DNA from: Caedimonas varicaedens
GTDB taxonomy: Bacteria > Pseudomonadota > Alphaproteobacteria > Caedimonadales > Caedimonadaceae
Direction: 5' to 3'
Length of the DNA stretch: 19,975 nucleotides
NCBI GenBank assembly: GCA_001192655.1
Contig: BBVC01000003.1
Span: forward strand, 1-19,975
Shown one piece after another: positions 1 through 5,727 of this stretch. The number at the start of each line of letters is the position of its first letter. Within the stretch, counting starts at the first letter, position 1. The position numbers and the translations under genes are program-made. The notes under the pieces were generated by a model. The model was not told where the DNA came from, did no database searches, and saw only the letters and a list, made by a program, of their open reading frames with translations.

Positions 1-633
1 CGACCTGTTGATAATATCCCTGTTCACAATCCTCTCGCAGGGATCAAACCTCAGCCTTCTAAAAAAGAGCCTTTCCAAACGGGGTCATCGTTGGAAGCTC
101 AATACTCAAGACTCAGGGTGCTGTACAACATGGCCGATTCTTGGGAGTGGCGGGAAATTTACCAGTATGCAAAAGTAATCGGTGTTTCCAGAGATGAAAT
201 TGCAAAATACAATTTAATTCAAAGACACTCAAACGGACAGACTTTTTCCTTGAAATATTTTAAAGAACTCAAAGAAGAAGAAGCGAGAAATGAACTGAAA
301 AAGAGGGAGCAGGAGGAAGAAAAAAGAGAAAAAGCTAGACAATATGAAGAAGAATCATCTCGTGCAGCCTCATCTTTATTTGATAATGTTCCTCCCCCTC
401 AGTATCAAGTAACGCCTGAGTATTTCACGCAGAGTGCTTCTGATGCGGGGATGAATCCTTCTCAGGCGCTTAACATTATTCTCAATCCCACCTCGGAGAA
501 CTTCTACGATCGCATTATCCTTACCTCCAGGCAAAACTGGCTGGGAGGGGCAAAGAATACCACGGCTTTCGGTTTTGAAGACCTTACCAATGAACAAGCT
601 TATAAATATATATCTCAAGGCTATAAACCATAG
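1..633 (+). CDS. Fragment A of a large repeat-containing toxin-like protein, 5'-truncated by the window edge and ending at an in-frame TAG
   Basis: Frame 1 is open from base 1 (RPVDNIPVHNPLAGIKPQPSKKEPF...), so the gene starts upstream of the window. The TTG at 91 in the ORF track is not a credible start. It contains a charged KE-rich linker and then repeat unit 1. It stops at TAG 631-633, where the paralogous repeat unit has CAG. Confidence 0.75.
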   Translation, partial: RPVDNIPVHNPLAGIKPQPSKKEPFQTGSSLEAQYSRLRVLYNMADSWEWREIYQYAKVIGVSRDEIAKYNLIQRHSNGQTFSLKYFKELKEEEARNELKKREQEEEKREKARQYEEESSRAASSLFDNVPPPQYQVTPEYFTQSASDAGMNPSQALNIILNPTSENFYDRIILTSRQNWLGGAKNTTAFGFEDLTNEQAYKYISQGYKP

Positions 634-1251
634 GATTTTCCTACTCTCTCTAACAGACTTGTCTGTCAGAGGGGAAGCTCTCTATTCAAGGATGTAACGT
701 CTGAGTATTTTTCCAAGCAGGCAGAAAAAGCAAAGATGACATCGATGCAGGCGTTAGCAATTCTGATGAATCCCACTCCTGAGAATTTCTATGATCGCGT
801 GATACTCACGTCAAGACAGAACTGGCTGGGAGGGGCAGAGAATACCACGGCTTTCGGTTTTGAAGACCTTACCAATCAACAGGCTTATAAATATATCTCT
901 CAGGGCTATAAATCTCAGGATTTTCCTACTCTCTCTAACAGACTCATCTCTCAAAGAGGAGCGACTTTATTTGAGAACGTAACCCCTGATTACTTTGTAA
1001 AACAGGCTGAAAAAACGGGAATGACGCCTATGCAATCCCTAGCCATTCTGATGAATCCAACGCTTGAAAATGCCTATGAGCGTGTGTTGCTGGCTTCACG
1101 ACAAAATTATCTGGGTGGAAATCATGATCTGTTTGTGTTTCGAGATATTGGTATTACTGTAGGGGAAGCTTACGACCATCTGTTAACTCATATCAAAAAT
1201 AAGGAAAGTTTCTCTCAATTATTAGATGACAGCACCAATAAAATCATTAAA
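370..1251 (+). repeat. Three in-frame tandem coding repeats of 306, 285 and ~285 nt (~95 aa per unit)
   Basis: The unit consensus is SLF-x-NV-TP-EYF-x-QAEK-x-GM-x-P-x-QAL-x-IL-MNPT-x-ENFYDR-x-ILTSRQNWLGG-x-x-NTTAFGFEDLTN-x-QAYKYISQGYK-x-Q-DFPTLSNRL-x-x-QRG. The Leu of SLF falls at 376, 682 and 967. Unit 1 carries an extra PPPQYQV. Unit 3 is much more diverged. Confidence 0.9.
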
Positions 1252-2127
1252 GACGGATTTACCCAATTCTGTCTGGAACGTTATCACACCCTCTATGGTT
1301 CTTTTTATGGTGAATACGAGAAAGTGAAGCATCTTCAATATCTCATTAATACAACCACATGGGAAGCAACCTATAATTATGCCGATAAAGAGGGATTTTC
1401 TAAAGAAAATGTTCAGTATGTTGAGTCGAGAAGAAAAGAGACCATCACTTTTGACAGCTACATGAAAGAAATTCTTGATAGTAACATTGCCAAAGATATA
1501 TTGATGAGCTTTTCCTTTCCTTCAGGAGTGTTAGAATCTCTCGCAGAGACTTTTATTCCAGGTCGGGATTTAAGTACGCTTCAAACGGATTTGGTTCATT
1601 TAAAGGAACACATTGTTGATAGCATTCTAAGTTATGGAGAGATATGGAGAGAAGGCGGGGAGGATTTAGCTGCTCTGTTGAGTGATCATCCTGCCTTAAA
1701 AAAGGTTTTTGGAGAGACGGGACAAACCGCAGGCATCATTTTTGGTGTAGGGGTGGTAGCTCCCAAAGGATTTAAAGCTAATCCCCATAAACCGAGGGTA
1801 TTTGCTAATAAAACTCCCCCTGTTCTGCAACGACAACCCGATTTTAAATGGAATGTGAAAGAGGCTAATGTTGCAGATAAAGTTGGAAGGCATCCGAAAT
1901 TTGGAAACATGTACAAAGACCCTACTCAAAAAGTTGGAAACAAAGAAATTTATTGGTCAAAAGACATTGGTGGAAAAAACGCGCATGCAGGCGAGCATTA
2001 TAAATTATTTGAAAAACGGGGACAAAATTATGAATGGATTGCTGATGTTGATAAAACAGGAAAAGTGATGCTGAAACATAAGAGTGATGTGGGCAAAATT
2101 ATTCCTGACAATGAAATCATTAAGTAG
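736..2127 (+). CDS. Fragment B of the same toxin-like protein: repeat units 2-3, a helical middle region and a C-terminal toxin-like domain
   Basis: It is in the same frame as 1..633, and that frame is open continuously from 634. The first ATG (736) lies in the middle of repeat unit 2, so it is not a natural start. The two ORFs therefore read as one gene split by a single stop codon. Its TAG stop (2125-2127) overlaps the AGGAG ribosome-binding site of the next ORF. Confidence 0.75.
   Translation: MTSMQALAILMNPTPENFYDRVILTSRQNWLGGAENTTAFGFEDLTNQQAYKYISQGYKSQDFPTLSNRLISQRGATLFENVTPDYFVKQAEKTGMTPMQSLAILMNPTLENAYERVLLASRQNYLGGNHDLFVFRDIGITVGEAYDHLLTHIKNKESFSQLLDDSTNKIIKDGFTQFCLERYHTLYGSFYGEYEKVKHLQYLINTTTWEATYNYADKEGFSKENVQYVESRRKETITFDSYMKEILDSNIAKDILMSFSFPSGVLESLAETFIPGRDLSTLQTDLVHLKEHIVDSILSYGEIWREGGEDLAALLSDHPALKKVFGETGQTAGIIFGVGVVAPKGFKANPHKPRVFANKTPPVLQRQPDFKWNVKEANVADKVGRHPKFGNMYKDPTQKVGNKEIYWSKDIGGKNAHAGEHYKLFEKRGQNYEWIADVDKTGKVMLKHKSDVGKIIPDNEIIK
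1777..2124 (+). other. C-terminal toxin-like domain (~115 aa), possibly a colicin E3/cloacin-like RNase fold
   Basis: It follows a Gly/hydrophobic segment (GQTAGIIFGVGVVAPKG). The ordered motifs are EIYW (1945-1956), H-A-G-E-H (1984-1998) and G-Q-x(7)-D-V-D-K-T-G-K-x-x-L-K (2050-2061 covers DKTG). As I remember it, the colicin E3 C-terminus has KIYEW, QHGELE and GQHLGSFDPKTGNQLK in the same order. Confidence 0.4.
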
Positions 2128-2136
2128 GAGAATAAA

Positions 2137-2508
2137 ATGAGAGATCATTGCTGTGATATCATGGAAAATTATTCTACGAGCGATAACTGCTTTATTGAAT
2201 ACGTTCCAGAAACTCGCTCATATAGTTTTTATCTGACAAACCATCCTAATGGTACTCGTCAAAAAATGTATTATTGCTTTTGGTGTGGTTCTGAGTTGCC
2301 GAAAGATTTAAATGAAGAATGGAGTACAATACTAAAGGCAGATTATGGCATAGAAGATGCAGGTTTTCCTTGGAACAAAGAAAATATACCTTTAGAATTT
2401 AAGACGGACGAGTGGTGGAAAAAACGTAGATTAATCGATAAAAATCCATGTAGAGATCAAAGTGAAACAGGGGTTTTTATACCTATGAGTGAATTTACCA
2501 AAGAATAA
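2137..2508 (+). CDS. Small Cys-rich cytoplasmic protein, candidate cognate immunity protein
   Basis: AGGAG (2126-2130) overlaps the toxin stop codon and sits 6 nt before the ATG, a classic arrangement for translational coupling. No signal peptide is visible. It has an HCCD motif near the N-terminus, a YCFWCG motif (CC...CxxC, zinc-ribbon-like) and a TDEWWKKR motif near the C-terminus. It resembles a widespread small DUF-type family that I recall from immunity-like contexts. Confidence 0.55.
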   Translation: MRDHCCDIMENYSTSDNCFIEYVPETRSYSFYLTNHPNGTRQKMYYCFWCGSELPKDLNEEWSTILKADYGIEDAGFPWNKENIPLEFKTDEWWKKRRLIDKNPCRDQSETGVFIPMSEFTKE

Positions 2509-2525
2509 GAGAGGGATGTGATGAA

Positions 2526-2837
2526 ATGATTCAAATTTCTGCTATGAAAATAACTTATTTATTTCTACTCCTGAAAACCTCCAGTTATTTAATGGCCTCT
2601 AGCTACAACAGTAGTCCATATAACTATAAAAATAGCCCCTATAATTACGATAATAGCCAGTATAATTATAAGAATAACCCTTACAATTATGACAATAGTC
2701 CATATAACCCCAGTAATGACCGAATTATTCGTAATGAAAGAGGTCAGGAAATGGGCTATATGGTTCCAAAGGATGATGGTGGGGCTAATATTTTTGACTT
2801 CAATGGTAATCGATTAGGTTATCTTTCTTCCGATTAA
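2526..2837 (+). CDS. Small, probably secreted protein with five SPYNY(K/D)N heptad repeats
   Basis: A GAGGGA Shine-Dalgarno-like sequence lies upstream, 17 nt after the previous stop. The N-terminus is hydrophobic (MKITYLFLLLKTSSYLMA). It is followed by 5 x 7-aa Asn/Tyr/Pro repeats and a C-terminal G-x-x-G-Y motif pair (GQEMGYMV ... NGNRLGYL). An alternative start is ATG 2544. Confidence 0.6.
   Translation: MIQISAMKITYLFLLLKTSSYLMASSYNSSPYNYKNSPYNYDNSQYNYKNNPYNYDNSPYNPSNDRIIRNERGQEMGYMVPKDDGGANIFDFNGNRLGYLSSD
2613..2717 (+). repeat. Five tandem 21-nt coding repeats
   Basis: The units are agtccatataactataaaaat, agcccctataattacgataat, agccagtataattataagaat, aacccttacaattatgacaat and agtccatataaccccagtaat. 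They are in frame and encode [S/N][P/Q]YN[Y/P][K/D/S]N. Confidence 0.95.
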
Positions 2838-2863
2838 TAAAAAAGATTTGATTCATTAACACA

Positions 2864-2905
2864 AAATTCAAAACCGATGAATGGTGGAAGAAGCGGGGAT
2901 TGTAA
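2864..2905 (+). pseudogene. 3'-terminal remnant of a second, diverged paralogue of the candidate immunity gene
   Basis: It reads KFKTDEWWKKRGL-stop, compared with EFKTDEWWKKRRL at 2395..2433 in the intact gene. An in-frame TGA at 2849-2851 lies just upstream, so only about 17 codons are open. Confidence 0.6.
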
Positions 2906-2956
2906 ATAGCTTTTTATAAAAAGCGCCCTCAGAGCAAAGCAAGAAAATTGAAAACA

Positions 2957-4333
2957 TCAATAATAATCCAAACGTGAAGAGAAGAGCTTTTCAATTTTTG
3001 AAATAGCCGCAGGCGTCACCATCAAAATAATGCGGTCTTCCAGTTTAATCGCCGTCGATGGCATGGGAATAATAACCTCTTCTTGCCTTATAATAGCGGC
3101 TACAATAATTTCATGAGGACTGTTGATGTCGCTGACAGGAGAGCCAATGAGACCCGAAGATTCCTGGGCTTCTGCTTCAATGATCTCCCCAAAGCTTTCC
3201 CCCAGCGAATGAACAGAACGAATCCTTCCGCGACGAATATTTTGCAAAATCTTTGATACAGTGACTTTTTTAGGACTAATAACAGCATCAACCCCCAAAG
3301 AAGTCACCAAAGGAGCATGAAGGGTATTGTTGATCAGACAAAGCGCCCGTGAGGCTCCCAATCTCTTTGATAAAAGAGAGGCTAGCGTATTGACACGCTC
3401 ATCTTCCGTCACAGCAACAACCGTTTCTGCAACGTTGATATTTGCTTCGTACAAGACTTCACTATCCAAGGCATCTCCCTGCAAGACAAGAGTGTTTTTC
3501 AGTTCCCCTGCAATGAATTCAGCACGTGCAAGATCTTTTTCAATAATCTCAGCATGAACATTAGGATGGTGTTTTTCGATCTCCTGGGCAAGGCAAAGTC
3601 CAATATTCCCCCCACCCAATATTAATAAACGCCGAGAATCGGAACTTTCATGACCAAAGGCACGCATCGCCTCTGGAACTTTGTCTTTATCCACGGCAAA
3701 ATAAACTTCATCCCCCGCATAGAGTGTATCGGTAAGAGTCGGTAAAATCGCTTGATCTCCTCGCATGATCCCTACAACACAAATATCAATCTGAGGGAAA
3801 AGACTTGTAAGGTGAGTAATGGGCGTATTGACAATCGGTGTGTCAAGGGTACACCGAACACCGATAATTTTCACCTTGCCATCAGAAAGAGAAATAATAT
3901 CAAAAGCTCCAGGAACTGTTAGCGAGCGGCTTATAGACTGTGCCACTTCCAACTCTGGTGATATGACCAAATCAATATTAATGCGCTCTGGGCTATAAAG
4001 TCGGCTCCATCGCGGATCTAGATAGGCTTGCGCACGAATTCGCGCAACTTTGGTACGTACATTAAAAAGGCTGCCTGCTGTTTGACAGGCAACAATGTTA
4101 ACTTCATCAGACTGTGTAACCGCAATCAGCATCTCTGCGTTGCCTGCTTCTGCCTTTTCCAGCACATCAGGATGAGAGGCAAAGCCACAAATAGCCCGCA
4201 CATCCAGACGATCATTAATCCTGTTGATAAGTTCTGACGATTGGTCAATCACTGTTACATGATTATCATGCTCAGAAAGATAAGTGGCAAGATTAAACCC
4301 AACTTGCCCTGCTCCGCAAATAATAACGCGCAT
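2957..4333 (-). CDS. trkA: Trk potassium uptake system, NAD-binding subunit TrkA
   Basis: At 458 aa it is the same length as E. coli TrkA. It has two Rossmann GxGxxG motifs (ICGAGQVG and LILGGGNIG), each followed by a TrkA-C-like segment, and is alignable with E. coli TrkA along its length. Confidence 0.93.
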   Translation of the reverse strand: MRVIICGAGQVGFNLATYLSEHDNHVTVIDQSSELINRINDRLDVRAICGFASHPDVLEKAEAGNAEMLIAVTQSDEVNIVACQTAGSLFNVRTKVARIRAQAYLDPRWSRLYSPERINIDLVISPELEVAQSISRSLTVPGAFDIISLSDGKVKIIGVRCTLDTPIVNTPITHLTSLFPQIDICVVGIMRGDQAILPTLTDTLYAGDEVYFAVDKDKVPEAMRAFGHESSDSRRLLILGGGNIGLCLAQEIEKHHPNVHAEIIEKDLARAEFIAGELKNTLVLQGDALDSEVLYEANINVAETVVAVTEDERVNTLASLLSKRLGASRALCLINNTLHAPLVTSLGVDAVISPKKVTVSKILQNIRRGRIRSVHSLGESFGEIIEAEAQESSGLIGSPVSDINSPHEIIVAAIIRQEEVIIPMPSTAIKLEDRIILMVTPAAISKIEKLFSSRLDYY

Positions 4334-4350
4334 TTTTTCAATATCTCATT

Positions 4351-5727
4351 TTAGGAACGGTTGCCGCGCATGATCTGTAAATCCCTTAATTTACGATGAA
4401 GGGCCGAACGCTCCATCTTCACAAAATCGGCAGTTCGGGAAACATTACCACCAAATCTTTCAACCTGGGCTCGCAAATAATCTTTCTCAAAACTTTCCCG
4501 AGCTTCTCGAAGCGGTAGAGACATAATTTGCAGGCTTTGGTCATTCCGCAGCATCAGTGATGCCTCACCATAAATTTCCGCCGGCAAAAGATTGGGAGCA
4601 ATAGATTCCGACTCATTCTCAGAAGCCATAATCAAAATCCACTCAATCACGTTCTTGAGTTGACGAATATTGCCGGGCCAATCATAGGCTTGAAGCACAA
4701 GAATAGCTTCTTCAGAAAACTTTTTTGGCTGCAATCCATTCAGATTGGAAACATGAAGGATAAGTTCCTGAATAAGGATCGAAATGTCTTCCTTTCGTTC
4801 TTTCAAGGAGGGAATTTTGATGGGAACAACATTTAAACGATAATACAGATCTTCTCGAAAACGCTTCTCTTCAACTGCTTTATGAATATCCCGACTGCTT
4901 GAAGCCATCACGCGCACATCTACTTCTATGTTACGTTTACCCCCTACCCGCGTAAAGGTTTGCTCCTGAAGAGAACGTAAAATTTTCCCTTGTGTCTCAA
5001 AAGGCATGTCCGTCACTTCATCAAACAAAAGTGTTCCACGATGAGCTTCTTCAAAAAGTCCTATCTTTCGCCCTTCCTTATCTTCTGTTCCAAAGAGAAC
5101 ACTTTCAAAGGAATCCGGGTCCAGCGTTGCACAGTTCAAGACAACGAAAGGTCCGTTTTTTCGCTTCGACCTTTGATGAATAAGACGTGCAACAATTTCC
5201 TTACCTGTCCCCGAATCTCCTGAAATCAAGACACGACTATTGGTGGGCGCAACACGGTCGATAAGCTGTCTGAGCTGATTTGCAAAAGAAGACATCCCCA
5301 AAAAATCTGTAATTTCAATAGTGCGGGCTTTAAGCTCTGAATTTTCACGTCGCAGTTTTGCTGTCTCCATGGCACGCCCCATGGCCAATAACAAACGATC
5401 CGCCTTAAAAGGCTTTTCGATAAAATCATAGGCTCCCATTTTAATGGCCTGAACAGCCGTCTCAATGGTTCCATGACCACTCATCATGATAACGGGCAGA
5501 GAAGGATGGTCTTTTTTAATCAATTCCAGAAGCTTGATACCATCAAATTGACTGTCCCCCAACCAAATATCCAAAATGATGAGGTCTGGACAACGCTCTT
5601 GGATCACCTCAATCGCCCGGGTACCATCCAGGGCGCGACGGGTATGATAGCCTTCATCTTCAAGTGTTTCCGAAATAAGCTGGCATATATCAGCTTCATC
5701 ATCAACAATGAGTACTTCTTGTGACAT
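4351..5727 (-). CDS. ntrX: Response regulator NtrX (REC + AAA+ + Fis-type HTH domains)
   Basis: It has an N-terminal receiver domain (LIVDDE ... ILDIWL), a Walker A motif GDSGTGKE, a Walker B motif LLFDEV and a C-terminal HTH. Its start overlaps the ntrY stop by 1 nt (TAATG), and trkA begins 17 nt downstream. Confidence 0.9.
   Translation of the reverse strand: MSQEVLIVDDEADICQLISETLEDEGYHTRRALDGTRAIEVIQERCPDLIILDIWLGDSQFDGIKLLELIKKDHPSLPVIMMSGHGTIETAVQAIKMGAYDFIEKPFKADRLLLAMGRAMETAKLRRENSELKARTIEITDFLGMSSFANQLRQLIDRVAPTNSRVLISGDSGTGKEIVARLIHQRSKRKNGPFVVLNCATLDPDSFESVLFGTEDKEGRKIGLFEEAHRGTLLFDEVTDMPFETQGKILRSLQEQTFTRVGGKRNIEVDVRVMASSSRDIHKAVEEKRFREDLYYRLNVVPIKIPSLKERKEDISILIQELILHVSNLNGLQPKKFSEEAILVLQAYDWPGNIRQLKNVIEWILIMASENESESIAPNLLPAEIYGEASLMLRNDQSLQIMSLPLREARESFEKDYLRAQVERFGGNVSRTADFVKMERSALHRKLRDLQIMRGNRS

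Noticed and set aside
1868-2068. 66-aa plus-strand ORF in an alternative frame, and the minus-strand ORFs 1686..1929
   Set aside because: They are nested within the toxin-domain coding region and have no SD or motifs. The main frame carries the recognisable features.
2613-2717. Regular 21-nt repeats that might suggest a CRISPR-like or non-coding array
   Set aside because: The repeats are directly abutting with no spacers. They are in frame within an ORF and vary mainly at synonymous or conservative positions, so they are coding heptad repeats.
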